From: Longimicrobiales bacterium
GTDB lineage: Bacteria > Gemmatimonadota > Gemmatimonadetes > Longimicrobiales > RSA9
Assembly: GCA_039912685.1 (NCBI GenBank)
Contig: JBDSPG010000045.1
Location: 1 to 56,995 of the forward strand
Length of the DNA: 56,995 nucleotides
Direction of reading: 5' to 3'
In this document: positions 36,087 through 45,989 of the stretch, in pieces
Layout of the letters: each line of letters opens with the position of its first letter
How positions within the stretch are numbered: position 1 is the first letter of the stretch
The notes under the pieces: generated by a model
Databases searched by the model: none
The model's input: only the letters and a program-made list of their open reading frames with translations
What the model was told of the DNA's origin: nothing
Position numbers and translations under genes: made by a program

Positions 36087-37810
36087 TCGGATTCGGCTCA
36101 CCCGTCACGCGCTGGCGCGAGGCGGGCGTGCTGCATTTGCTGGGTCCGAAGTGGCGCATTTCACGACGTCGCCTCGGCGAGAGCGGCAGTGTTGCGCGTA
36201 CGATGACGCTCGGCGGTGTCGGGCTGATCTTCTGGACCGTGCTGTTCGCGCTCGTATACCGGATGCTCGGCTATTTCCGGAACACGCCCGGCATCGGTGA
36301 CCTGCTCGCGGGAAAGCTGCTCGGCCTGATTCTGCTCGCGTTCCTGTCGATTCTGCTGCTGTCGAACATCATCACTGCATTGTCATCGTTCTTCCTGGCG
36401 CGTGACCTCGAGCTGCTCGCAGCTTCGCCCGTGGACAGTCTGCGCGTGTATAGCGCGCGCTTCATTGAGACCGTCGTCAATTCGTCCTGGATGATGGTGC
36501 TCGTGCTCCTTCCGGTGTTGTGCGCGTACGGCGTCGCGTATCGCGCGGGCCTGTCGTTTGTCGGTGTCGGCCTGTTTGCGTTGCTCTGCTACCTGATCCT
36601 GCCTGCAGTGCTCGGCACGATCCTGACGCAGGTACTGGTCAACGTGTTTCCCGCGCGCCGAGCACGCGACCTGCTCGCACTCATCGCGCTGCTGGGCGCG
36701 GCCGCCCTCATCGCGATGTTCCGACTGCTCAAGCCGGAGCAGCTCGCGAAGCCTGAAGGCTTCGCGAACCTCGTCGACTTCATTGGCGCGTTGCGCACAC
36801 CGCAGTCGATCTGGCTACCGAGCGAATGGGCAGCACAGGCCATTCTGGCACCGCTGAACGTCGGTGACCGTCCGGGCGATTACTTCCCGCTGCTTCTGCT
36901 CGCGAGCACGGCCGCAGCGTTCCTTGTGTTCGGCGCGTGGGTGCACGGCAAGCTGTATGTCGAGGGGTTCAGCCGGAGCCAGGAGGGTGCGGAGCTGAAG
37001 GAAGGGCAGGGCGCCCGCAAGCGACGTCGCATCGAGAACGCTCTGCCCGGAGTAGCGTTGACCGGGCGTACACTCGTCGCAAAAGATATCCGTACGTTCT
37101 TTCGGGATACCACGCAGTGGTCACAGCTCGTGCTGCTCGCGGTGCTCGTTGTTATTTATATCTACAACATCAAGATGCTGCCGCTCTTCACAGGTGAGGA
37201 TGTCGGCTTCTTTCTGACGAATGTCGTGTCCTTCATCAATCTCGGGCTTGCGGGCTTCGTGCTGGCTGCGATTGCAGCGCGGTTCTTGTTCCCGGCCGTC
37301 AGCCTGGAGGGGCGCACGCTCTGGCTGCTGCGCTCATCGCCGCTCGATCTGCGCGCACTGCTGTGGAGCAAATACTGGGTCGGTGTCGTGCCGCTGATGG
37401 TGATCGCTCTGTCACTCACGATCGGCACCAACATGATTCTTCACGTCGGCGGATTCGTCATGTGGCTTTCCGTTGTCACGATCATCGTCATGACACTTGC
37501 GATCGCTGCGCTCGCACTCGGATTCGGTGCGCTGTTTCCGAAATTCGATACGGAGAATCCCGCCGAGATTCCGACCAGCTTCGGCGGCCTCGTGTTCATG
37601 ATGGTTGCAACGACGTATCTCGGTCTGGTCGTAATGCTCGAGGCGTGGCCGGTGTATGCGATTCTGCAGGCAAAGCAGAGCGGCGGCATCCGCGGCGGTC
37701 AGGTCACCATGCTCGTTGTGTGTCTGCTCGTCGTGGCCGGCATGTCTGCGATCGCAATATTCCTCCCGCTCGCGGCAGCCGTGCACCGTGTGGAGGCGCT
37801 CGACCGATGA
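36083..37810 (+). CDS. Polytopic membrane protein, putative permease partner of the ABC ATPase
   Basis: 575 aa with at least 10 hydrophobic helices and no motif recognised by eye. The TTG start overlaps the ATPase stop (TTGA); the start is uncertain. Confidence 0.6.
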   Translation: MIGFGSPVTRWREAGVLHLLGPKWRISRRRLGESGSVARTMTLGGVGLIFWTVLFALVYRMLGYFRNTPGIGDLLAGKLLGLILLAFLSILLLSNIITALSSFFLARDLELLAASPVDSLRVYSARFIETVVNSSWMMVLVLLPVLCAYGVAYRAGLSFVGVGLFALLCYLILPAVLGTILTQVLVNVFPARRARDLLALIALLGAAALIAMFRLLKPEQLAKPEGFANLVDFIGALRTPQSIWLPSEWAAQAILAPLNVGDRPGDYFPLLLLASTAAAFLVFGAWVHGKLYVEGFSRSQEGAELKEGQGARKRRRIENALPGVALTGRTLVAKDIRTFFRDTTQWSQLVLLAVLVVIYIYNIKMLPLFTGEDVGFFLTNVVSFINLGLAGFVLAAIAARFLFPAVSLEGRTLWLLRSSPLDLRALLWSKYWVGVVPLMVIALSLTIGTNMILHVGGFVMWLSVVTIIVMTLAIAALALGFGALFPKFDTENPAEIPTSFGGLVFMMVATTYLGLVVMLEAWPVYAILQAKQSGGIRGGQVTMLVVCLLVVAGMSAIAIFLPLAAAVHRVEALDR

Positions 37811-38625
37811 ACGAGCACAGGGCGAATGCGGAGCTCGCGATTGCTGCGGCGGTGGCGGCAGGCGAAGGGATCATGCGTGTGTTCGGCACCGACATGGAGG
37901 TCACGCACAAGTCGCCGGATCAGCCATTAACGGAAGCAGATCTCACAGCGGACCGCCTGCTGAAGGACATGCTGACGAGCGCGCGGCCCGGGTATGGCTG
38001 GCTTTCTGAAGAGACAGCAGACAGTGCGGATCGGCTGCAACGGGCGTTCGTGTGGGTCGTCGATCCGATCGATGGCACGCGCTCGTTCGTGGCGAGACGG
38101 CCGGAGTTCTCGGTGTCGGTTGCGCTCGCAGAGCATGGCGAGCCGGTCGTGGGGGTCGTGCTCAATCCGGCAACCGGCGAGCTGTTCTGGGCCGTTCGCG
38201 GAAGTGGCGCCTGGCAACGTACGCGCGAGGGCGACCGCCGCATCGCGGTGCGCAAGGGATCCGGTGCGCGCGCTGTGCTGCTCGCGTCACGCGGCGAGAT
38301 CGCGAAGGGGGAGTTCCTGCCGTACGGCGAGCAATGGCAAATTGAGGGGATCGGCAGCACGGCCTACAAGATGGCGCGAGTCGCTGCGGGCCTCGCGGAT
38401 GGGTTCCTCAGCCGCGGCCCGAAGAGTGAATGGGATGTCTGTGCTGGCGCCTTGCTCGTACGGGAGGCCGGGGGTGAAGTGACGGACGCGAACGGTGACC
38501 CTATTACATTCAACCGCGCGGATGCGAATGTGCGCGGCGTGCTGTGTGCGACCGCGGAGCAGCATCCGATGCTGCTGCACATGTCGCGCGCGCAGGACCA
38601 TAGGAAAACGGGAGAAAAGCCATGA
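37807..38625 (+). CDS. Inositol-monophosphatase-family protein (CysQ / 3'(2'),5'-bisphosphate nucleotidase-like)
   Basis: ATG 37807 (ATGA overlap). SPDQPLTEADL, WVVDPIDGTRSF, WDVCAGALLVREAGG. The track ORF start 37363 lies inside the permease gene. Confidence 0.85.
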   Translation: MNEHRANAELAIAAAVAAGEGIMRVFGTDMEVTHKSPDQPLTEADLTADRLLKDMLTSARPGYGWLSEETADSADRLQRAFVWVVDPIDGTRSFVARRPEFSVSVALAEHGEPVVGVVLNPATGELFWAVRGSGAWQRTREGDRRIAVRKGSGARAVLLASRGEIAKGEFLPYGEQWQIEGIGSTAYKMARVAAGLADGFLSRGPKSEWDVCAGALLVREAGGEVTDANGDPITFNRADANVRGVLCATAEQHPMLLHMSRAQDHRKTGEKP

Positions 38626-38816
38626 AGCGTTATGTGTATGCAGCCGCTGTTGTAGCACTGGGACTCGGTGTGGCGCTGGTGTACGCCGGCGTGGTCGCAG
38701 GCGGCGCATTCCAGCCGGGCGTCATCCTGATTTGTGTCGGTATCGCGCTGTTCGTGGCGGGCGCAGTGGTGGACCTCCTGCCCAGCCGCGCGGTCGCACG
38801 TGAGCCCGTTGAGTGA
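38622..38816 (+). CDS. Small two-TM membrane protein (64 aa)
   Basis: GGGAGAA upstream and an ATGA overlap with the preceding stop. Two hydrophobic helices, AAAVVALGLGVALVYAGVV and VILICVGIALFVAGAVV. Confidence 0.5.
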   Translation: MKRYVYAAAVVALGLGVALVYAGVVAGGAFQPGVILICVGIALFVAGAVVDLLPSRAVAREPVE

Positions 38817-39237
38817 AGCGCCGGCCGCTTCGGTGACATTCCGCTTCTGGCGTGACGTCGAGGTGCGGTTTCGCGATCTCGATTCGCTAGGCCACGTTCA
38901 CCATTCGCTGTCGCTGATGTATGTCGAGGAAGCGCGTGCTGCGTACTGGCGCGAGGTTGCCGGTCGCGCGACAGTGGGGGAAATCGACTATGTGATCGGT
39001 GAGGTGCGCATCCGGTATCACGAGCGGATCATGTATCCAGGCAGTGTGCGTGTGGGTGTGCGCGTCAGCAGGATCGGCGGGAAGAGTATCGCAATGGAGT
39101 TCCAGATCCGATCCGAGACGGATGTGCTGCTTGTTTCCGGTGAGACTGCGCAGATCATGTTCGACTTTACAGCGGGTACATCGGCGCCTGTAACCGATGA
39201 TCTGCGGTCGCGGCTGGAGACGTACGAAGCGGGATAG
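38800..39237 (+). CDS. Acyl-CoA thioesterase, 4HBT/YbgC-like hotdog fold
   Basis: VRFRDLDSLGHVHHSLSLMYVEEAR is the 4HBT active-site region. Start ambiguous (GTG 38800 or TTG 38809); the track start 38734 overlaps the upstream gene by 83 nt. Confidence 0.72.
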   Translation: MSPLSEAPAASVTFRFWRDVEVRFRDLDSLGHVHHSLSLMYVEEARAAYWREVAGRATVGEIDYVIGEVRIRYHERIMYPGSVRVGVRVSRIGGKSIAMEFQIRSETDVLLVSGETAQIMFDFTAGTSAPVTDDLRSRLETYEAG

Positions 39238-39257
39238 GGTCCAGCCGCGCGAAGCTC

Positions 39258-41438
39258 CTATTCCCAGCGATAACGGACTGCGACGTTCGCCATAAACCCT
39301 TCGAGCGGAGCCCATACATCGGTGGTCCACCTTCCCGCGGTCGTCGGCGCACGACGTACGAGCGGATCTGTATTTGTCTGTCGCACGTTCAGCAGGTTTT
39401 CGAAATTGGCCACGATTTCGAGTGGCCCGAATTGACGTGCGCCGATTGCCATCAGATACAAATACGGCTTCGATTTGGTTCGATACGGGTTGTCGTCGAG
39501 CTCTTGAACGCCGTACCAGATGCCCTCGACGCCTCCGCGATACACACCAGGTTTCTCGAGCATCAGGTCAGCGCCGACACGGTGGCGGGGAAGCATTGGC
39601 ATGACCTCGCGAACGCCGCTTGTCGCATCCTCCCGGCTTCCGCGAGCGAAGCCGTACGTCGCAATCAGTTTTCCTCCCGTGAAACGCCAGATCGCCAGCG
39701 CCTCGACGCCGCCAACCCGTGACTTGCCTGTAGTGTTCTTCAGAATGGCGTCGCCGCTAGAACCACCGGCATCCGCCAACTGTATGGGATCGACGATTTC
39801 GGAGCCGTACAGCGTCACGAGGACGTCCGCCCTTACGAGCTGACCGTTGACGTCCAGCATCGCGGCGCGGCTTTTCTCGCGTCGGAGACTGTCGTCCCGA
39901 CGCACAGAACGAAGCCCGACCGCTTCTGTTTCCTCGGTGGTTGCGCTTGGTGGAGCGAAGCCGTTTCCCACGCTCGCGCGTACCGACCAGCCGTCGACGG
40001 GTTTAACGAGCAACGCGAGTCGTTCGGTGACCTGGGTTCCTGCTTCCGGGTGCACATCTCCACGCACGCTCGCCGACATTGTCAGTGGACCAAGGCCCCG
40101 TTCACTGGCCACGAACAAACCCGGCGTGGTCCAGCGGTGGTCGAAGGCGTTGTTCAGGTCATTCTCGAAGTCGTCGAATTGCAGCGCGGTTCCCACCACC
40201 GTCGTAGCATTTTGACCGGCGAATAATCGCGTGAATTCCAGGAGGCCCGCCGACGTGCGATCATTTTCGATCGGACCGGGCCCGAACTCACGTTCGCGCC
40301 AGTTTCTGGACAGCGCCATGCGACCGGCAACTTTGCCGCCGTCCTTGAGAGAGATTGCGGCAGATCCGCCAACATCTGCACGACTGCTGCGCAAAGCTTC
40401 CCGGAACGACAGACCATTGGGAGCGAGCGCATCACCGAGCGTACCACCAACGCGATCGTCGAAGCCGTAGCCTGCCGTCAGGAAGAGCGATCGTCCTCCA
40501 TCATCAAGAGCGTTGAATCTCGGGCGCACACTCCACCGCCGTGCCTTCGCCTGGTCAGCCCACCCGTCGCCATCGATATCTTCTGCGCCCTGAAGGGTGC
40601 CGGCCGCCAGAAAGGAAAGGCCAGCGCCGGTTCCCAGCTTGCGGCTCAGCCACGTCGCAGCATCGGTGACGCTCATCGTTCGTCGATTGAGGAGAACTTC
40701 GTTCCTGCCACTGGCCGGTTTGGAGATGAGGTTGATTACGCCGCCCAGAGACTGTCCGCCGTAGAGTGAAGAAGCCGCGCCCTTGATGATTTCGACACGC
40801 TGCAAGTCCACTGGAGAAATGTCCAACGGGCCTAACGCACTGGAGCTCCCGCCGTACAACGGCAGACCATCCGCGAGCATTGAGGTGTATTGACCCGGCA
40901 GGCCGAGAATCCGCACACTGCCGGTACCGAGTCCGGGTGCTGCCGCATGTACGCGCAGGCCGGGCGTTTCATTGAGAAGCATGGTGACGCCACTGGGCGA
41001 CATCAGCGTGTTCTCGTCCACTTCCATTTCATCGATCACTTCGACACGCAATGGAGTGTCGCCGGCAGGGCGCTCGGTTCTTGTGGCTGTAATAATGATG
41101 GCGTCCATCTCCATTGCCATTTCCGCCATGGAAACGGAGACGCGAACCGTGACAAGGCTGTCGCGAACGACACCGACAGTGATCTGAGCGGGAGTGAAAC
41201 CGTTCCTGGTGATGTCGATTGTCTGACGCCCCGTCGGAAGCACGAGGTCCGCCTTACCGGTGGAGTCAGTGATCGCGAACTTCCTGGCTGACTGCACGCG
41301 GAATCCGCCCAGCATCCCCATCGATTCTTCCACGATTACCCGTACCGTGCTGCTGTCGCGCTGCTGCGCGACGAGGGCTGGTGCGAGGAAAGCCGATACT
41401 GCAGAAATAAGTATCACTGCAATGGTTGAACTACGCAT
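39258..41438 (-). CDS. TonB-dependent receptor with N-terminal carboxypeptidase-regulatory-like domain
   Basis: ATG 41438 ([25 protein letters not shown] signal peptide). Plug region IIITATRTERPAGDTPLRVEVI...LLNETPGLRV...VRILGL, then a long beta-barrel. Confidence 0.87.
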   Translation of the reverse strand: MRSSTIAVILISAVSAFLAPALVAQQRDSSTVRVIVEESMGMLGGFRVQSARKFAITDSTGKADLVLPTGRQTIDITRNGFTPAQITVGVVRDSLVTVRVSVSMAEMAMEMDAIIITATRTERPAGDTPLRVEVIDEMEVDENTLMSPSGVTMLLNETPGLRVHAAAPGLGTGSVRILGLPGQYTSMLADGLPLYGGSSSALGPLDISPVDLQRVEIIKGAASSLYGGQSLGGVINLISKPASGRNEVLLNRRTMSVTDAATWLSRKLGTGAGLSFLAAGTLQGAEDIDGDGWADQAKARRWSVRPRFNALDDGGRSLFLTAGYGFDDRVGGTLGDALAPNGLSFREALRSSRADVGGSAAISLKDGGKVAGRMALSRNWREREFGPGPIENDRTSAGLLEFTRLFAGQNATTVVGTALQFDDFENDLNNAFDHRWTTPGLFVASERGLGPLTMSASVRGDVHPEAGTQVTERLALLVKPVDGWSVRASVGNGFAPPSATTEETEAVGLRSVRRDDSLRREKSRAAMLDVNGQLVRADVLVTLYGSEIVDPIQLADAGGSSGDAILKNTTGKSRVGGVEALAIWRFTGGKLIATYGFARGSREDATSGVREVMPMLPRHRVGADLMLEKPGVYRGGVEGIWYGVQELDDNPYRTKSKPYLYLMAIGARQFGPLEIVANFENLLNVRQTNTDPLVRRAPTTAGRWTTDVWAPLEGFMANVAVRYRWE

Positions 41439-43884
41439 CCCGTGACCTCTTTTTCGCCGCTCGCGGCAACACTGCTTCACCCGTTATCGACATTGTCGCA
41501 GCTGACACCTTCCTTTTTGCCTTCTTCTGCCTGAGCAGCGCCAGCTGAACTACATCATCCATTCGATCCACGAAACTGAAACGGATGCGCTGACGCACAT
41601 CGAGCGGCACATCGCGCAGGTCGCGTTCGTTGCCGGCAGGTAGAATGATCGCACGGATTCCCGCACGATGCGCCGCGAGCACCTTCTCCTTGACGCCGCC
41701 GATCTCCAGGACCTTGCCGCGCAGTGTGACTTCACCGGTCATCGCGATATCGTGACGCACTGGCCGGCTGGACAGCGCTGATGCGATTGCGAGTGTGACG
41801 GCGATGCCCGCGGAAGGGCCATCCTTCGGAATCGCACCGACGGGGAAGTGCACGTGCACATCCGACTCGCGGAACTCTTCAACAGAGATGCCGAGCGATT
41901 CACTGCGGCTGCGGACGTACGAGTAAGCAGCATTCACCGATTCGCGCATCACCTCGCCAAGCATGCCGGTAATGATGAGGCGGCCAGTGCCGGGCATGCG
42001 CAGTGCTTCAATGAACATCAGCTCACCGCCGGCCGCGGTCCACGCTAGACCTGTGACCACGCCGATCTCGGGCGCGCTCTCTGCCGGTGTCGGCGTGTAG
42101 CGCGGCAGGCCGAGGATCTCCTCGATGCGAGCAGCGTCCACCATCCACGTTGTAGTGTCGTCCTGTGTGCGCGCGCGTGCGCGAGTCCGAAGGATGGTCT
42201 CGAGCGAGCGCCGCATCGCGCCCATGCCGGCATCACGCGCGTACCCGTACGCAAGGTATGTCAGTGACGCGCGCGGGAACTTGATGCCGCGCTCCAGGCC
42301 GTGCTCGTCCAGCAGTTTCGGGATCATCCGATGCTCCGCGATCTCGACTTTCTCTTCCGGCGTGTATCCCGCGATGCGTATCTCGACCATGTGCTCGCGC
42401 AGGTCGCGCGGCACGCGGTAGAAGTCCTGTGCCGTCGCAATGAAGAGGACATCACTCAGGTCGAACGGGATGTCGAGATACCTGTCAACGAAGGTTTCGC
42501 GTGAATCCCAGTCGAGGACCTCCTCCATCGCTTCGACCGGATCGCCCTCGACTTTGCCGAGACCAATTTCATCCATCTCCTCCAGAAGGAAGAGCGGGTC
42601 GCGCGCGCCGACATCGCGCAGCGTGGAGATGATCTTGCCGGGCGCGGCACCGGCCCGCGTACGTCGAGTGCCAATGATCTGTGGTTCGCCATAGCTGCCG
42701 AGTTCGAGTCGAGCGAGCGGACGACCGAGTCCGCGTGCGAGCGCCATTGCGAGCGCGGTCTTGCCGACATCCGGTGGACCGACAATACACGGAATGGGGC
42801 CGCGCAGATCGCCGCGTAGCTTGGCCACGGCGAGATGATCCAGCAGGCGGTCCTTCTGCTCGTTCAATCCGAGAAGCGACGCATCGAGTACTTCCTCGAC
42901 ATGTGCCAGGTCGAGGGTTGCCGGTCCGCCTGCCGCGCGCTCGCGCCACGGCATGTGTGTCAGCCAGTCCACGTAGCTGCGGATCTCACTGCTCTCGGGG
43001 CCACCCGGCTGCACAGTGCGGAGCCGCTCGATCTCGGCCCGCGCGGTCGCCACTGCGCGCATCGGCAGGTCCGCCGTCTCAATACGTCGCAACGCATCGA
43101 TGACCTGGCGTTCCAGAGGATCGATGTCGCCAAGCTCCGCCTGCAGCAGTTTGATGCGCTGGCGGATGTCCGTGGATCGCTGCGCCGGACTCTGCGGTGG
43201 AGCGGGTGTGTCATCGGCCGACGCAGGTTCAGCGGCATCTTCGCGCGGCCGGAAGTTCGTCAGCTGATTCTCGAGTTCCGTGCACGCGAACGCGAGTCGC
43301 TCGCTCACGGACAGGCGCTGCACAATTTCGTCCTTGCTGGCCACGGAGAAGTTTGCAAGGGTTGCGACGAGGTCGGCGAAGCGGCCGGGGTCGCCCAGGT
43401 TCATACGCAGGATGCGCGGCACCTCGAGCGGAATGCGCTCCACTTCCGCGGCCAACGCTTCGAGCGAGTTGAGGATACGCGCGATCATGTTCTGCGCGTC
43501 TTCCTCATCGGCCGGCTCTTCCTCGACAGACTCGTAGCTCGCTGTGTAGTAGCCTTCCATCTCGTTCACATCACTCAGGCGCACGCGCGCGATGCCTTGC
43601 ATCGTGGCCTGCACGGTTCCACCCGGAAGGTTCAGTCGGTCCGAGATCCGCGCGGCGACCGCGATTTTTTCCAGCGACTTGGCGTCAACCGGATCATCAG
43701 GCCCGCCTGGCGCGATGACTACCGCAACCGTCAGATTCGGATCCTCGTTCGCGCCGAGCATATCGAGCGTGCTCGGCATACCGATCTGCACGCCGATCAC
43801 GCCCAGCGGATAGACGGTGGTGCTACGCAGCGGAATGAGCGGGATACGCTCGGGGCTCTTCTTCCGTGACTTCCGTGTCGCCAT
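41431..43884 (-). CDS. lon: ATP-dependent Lon protease
   Basis: 817 aa. LON N-domain [16 protein letters not shown], Walker [11 protein letters not shown], protease [12 protein letters not shown] and the [15 protein letters not shown] region. Confidence 0.95.
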   Translation of the reverse strand: MATRKSRKKSPERIPLIPLRSTTVYPLGVIGVQIGMPSTLDMLGANEDPNLTVAVVIAPGGPDDPVDAKSLEKIAVAARISDRLNLPGGTVQATMQGIARVRLSDVNEMEGYYTASYESVEEEPADEEDAQNMIARILNSLEALAAEVERIPLEVPRILRMNLGDPGRFADLVATLANFSVASKDEIVQRLSVSERLAFACTELENQLTNFRPREDAAEPASADDTPAPPQSPAQRSTDIRQRIKLLQAELGDIDPLERQVIDALRRIETADLPMRAVATARAEIERLRTVQPGGPESSEIRSYVDWLTHMPWRERAAGGPATLDLAHVEEVLDASLLGLNEQKDRLLDHLAVAKLRGDLRGPIPCIVGPPDVGKTALAMALARGLGRPLARLELGSYGEPQIIGTRRTRAGAAPGKIISTLRDVGARDPLFLLEEMDEIGLGKVEGDPVEAMEEVLDWDSRETFVDRYLDIPFDLSDVLFIATAQDFYRVPRDLREHMVEIRIAGYTPEEKVEIAEHRMIPKLLDEHGLERGIKFPRASLTYLAYGYARDAGMGAMRRSLETILRTRARARTQDDTTTWMVDAARIEEILGLPRYTPTPAESAPEIGVVTGLAWTAAGGELMFIEALRMPGTGRLIITGMLGEVMRESVNAAYSYVRSRSESLGISVEEFRESDVHVHFPVGAIPKDGPSAGIAVTLAIASALSSRPVRHDIAMTGEVTLRGKVLEIGGVKEKVLAAHRAGIRAIILPAGNERDLRDVPLDVRQRIRFSFVDRMDDVVQLALLRQKKAKRKVSAATMSITGEAVLPRAAKKRSRDA

Positions 43885-43898
43885 TCGTCTCCAGGAAT

Positions 43899-44723
43899 TT
43901 ACGGTTTCAGGCGCAGCAGGCGCTGGGCATTGCCGTGCATGATCGAGTCCAGAGCTTCGGCGGGGAGACGCAGTGCCTCGATGGCATCGGCATTGGCCCG
44001 CGCAGACCGTGGCATAGCCGGCCAGTCACTCCCGAACACCATCTTCCGGGCGATCCGGTCAAGGCTGGGGAAATACTCGCGGAGCTTCTCCGGCACCAAC
44101 CCGGCCACATCGATGAAGAAGTTCTTGTGGTGCATGGCGAGGAATGCGCATGCGTCATACCAGAACCCGCGTCCGCCGTGGGCCATTACCACACTGAGCG
44201 AGGGGAAGTCGACGGCGACGTCATCGAGGTGGATGGGATCGCAGTATTTCAGTCTGGTGCCTGGAATGACAGAGCTTCCGATATGCAGAAGAACAGGGAT
44301 CCCATGCTCCGCACAAATCTCGTACAGTGGGTAAACACTGCGATCGTTCGGATAGTAGAACTGATACGACGGGTAGAGTTTCAATCCGCGCACGCCCGTC
44401 GCAATGTATTTCTCGAGCAACGCTGCGGGCTCTGTATCGGAGACAGGGTCGACGGATGCAAACGGCAGAAAGAAACCGCCGCTTTCACGCGCGAGGTCTA
44501 TGACTGTTTCCGTGCGCACATTGCCGGACGTCGCCGGACAATGTTCGGGCAGCAGGACTGCGTGCTCGATACCTTGTGATCGCAATTCGGCTGCGGCAAA
44601 GCGGATATCCGTGAGCTTGTCACCGTGCTCGGAAACAGCGGGCGAAATGGATCGAATGAAGGAAGCAGTTGCGGGCGCGAGCTCATCCGGCCGCCATGGG
44701 TGAGTGTGGAAGTCGATCAGCAC
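43899..44723 (-). CDS. Amidohydrolase-family metal-dependent hydrolase (TIM barrel)
   Basis: GTG start. IDFHTHPW (HxH), VLLHIG, MAHGG, FGSDWP. Confidence 0.8.
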   Translation of the reverse strand: MLIDFHTHPWRPDELAPATASFIRSISPAVSEHGDKLTDIRFAAAELRSQGIEHAVLLPEHCPATSGNVRTETVIDLARESGGFFLPFASVDPVSDTEPAALLEKYIATGVRGLKLYPSYQFYYPNDRSVYPLYEICAEHGIPVLLHIGSSVIPGTRLKYCDPIHLDDVAVDFPSLSVVMAHGGRGFWYDACAFLAMHHKNFFIDVAGLVPEKLREYFPSLDRIARKMVFGSDWPAMPRSARANADAIEALRLPAEALDSIMHGNAQRLLRLKP

Positions 44724-44727
44724 GACG

Positions 44728-45117
44728 CTACCGGCCGCCCGACATGCGACGCTCCCACTCCTTCACCGATTCGCGGTCCAGGCCGCGGAAGAAACGATCG
44801 AGACGCCTCGCGTTCACACCGAAGTCGGTGAACGCGGCGGGTGTGCGGGCGTGCGCATCGACGCGAGTCTGTCCCTCCGCGTCCAGCGCCACACGCACAA
44901 CCACCGTGCCGTTCAGCTTCTTGTACAGGCCGCGAACGTCGGCATTGATCACGCCTTCCTGATCATCCGCGGTGTCGAGCGACCAGCGCTTCGACTTCTC
45001 GCGGATGATCCGGAGCGCGCCCTGCCACACATCCTCGAAGGGAATGGCATACGTGCGACCCTGCAGCCTGGTGTCCGAATGCTCAGGACTCGTCGACAGT
45101 GTCTGAGATCCCTTCAT
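44728..45117 (-). CDS. Hypothetical protein (possibly DUF1499-like)
   Basis: 129 aa with coding-like composition, tightly packed between neighbouring genes. The family assignment is only a recollection-level guess. Confidence 0.45.
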   Translation of the reverse strand: MKGSQTLSTSPEHSDTRLQGRTYAIPFEDVWQGALRIIREKSKRWSLDTADDQEGVINADVRGLYKKLNGTVVVRVALDAEGQTRVDAHARTPAAFTDFGVNARRLDRFFRGLDRESVKEWERRMSGGR

Positions 45118-45126
45118 TACGCCTGA

Positions 45127-45834
45127 CTACTGGATGCGGTAGACAATGTTGACCGATGCGCCGATCTGGAGGGTGCCACCCTCGACGGGTGTCGACTCTG
45201 CCTTCGACATCGCCGCATCCCTCATGTACATCACCGGCCGGGGCGGCTGCGGGTTGTAACCGTCGACGTTGATCGCCTGTGGCACACCGAGCGTCTGTCC
45301 TGCTGCGCGCGCGACCACGTCTGCTTCCTGCTTCGCACGCTCGATGGCTTTCTTCAATGCTTCCAGCCGCGCACTCGACGCATCCTTGAGACCGAATGTC
45401 AGGTTCGACACGCGGTTTGCACCTGCGCCGAGGGCAGTGTCGATGGTCGGACCCACGCGATCGATCGCATCAAGCACCACCTGCACCTGGTTCACCGCGC
45501 GATACGCGACAATGCGCGGCTCGCGGTTGTTCTCCTGTGCATACTGCGGTTGGAGCTCGTAGGACACCGTCCGGATCTGGGTCGCCGGGATGCCCAGTGC
45601 CTTCAGCGCCGCCACCATTCGGTCCATTTTTGCAGCATTCGATGATCCAGCGACCTTGGCCGTCGGGGCTTCGCTTTCAACCGCCAGCAGAAGGACGGCC
45701 TGGTCGGGCGCGCGCTCGACCGTGGCTGAGGCCGAAATGCTGAGGGTCCGCGGCTGCTCGGGAGCAACCTGCTGGGCAGAGGCCGACACCGGTGCCGCGA
45801 GTATCAGCGCAAACAATAGACGTTTCATTTTCAT
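45127..45834 (-). CDS. SIMPL-domain (DUF541) periplasmic protein
   Basis: Signal peptide MKMKRLLFALILAAPVSASA. LSISASATVERAPDQAVLLLAVE... and ...VSYELQP...YRAVNQVQVVL are typical of SIMPL/26-kDa periplasmic proteins. Confidence 0.78.
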   Translation of the reverse strand: MKMKRLLFALILAAPVSASAQQVAPEQPRTLSISASATVERAPDQAVLLLAVESEAPTAKVAGSSNAAKMDRMVAALKALGIPATQIRTVSYELQPQYAQENNREPRIVAYRAVNQVQVVLDAIDRVGPTIDTALGAGANRVSNLTFGLKDASSARLEALKKAIERAKQEADVVARAAGQTLGVPQAINVDGYNPQPPRPVMYMRDAAMSKAESTPVEGGTLQIGASVNIVYRIQ

Positions 45835-45989
45835 TTCTCCTGTTCCAGAGCATTCACACTATAGATACGCCCTTCAGGACGCGCGAGCCCCGGCCGCTTG
45901 CACACCTGAGCACCTTTTGTATGAAGGCTCAGGAATTGCTAAGTTCGCCCCTGAAAGTAGACCCGGTCCACTCGAATGGGGAAGCACCT

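Noticed and set aside
37363-37806. N-terminal 148 codons of track ORF 37363-38625
   Set aside because: This stretch lies inside the permease gene in another frame and is Arg-rich. The IMPase-family homology begins only at ATG 37807, which overlaps the permease stop (ATGA).
42835-43869. 344-aa plus-strand ORF
   Set aside because: It lies entirely antisense to lon. It is a shadow ORF.
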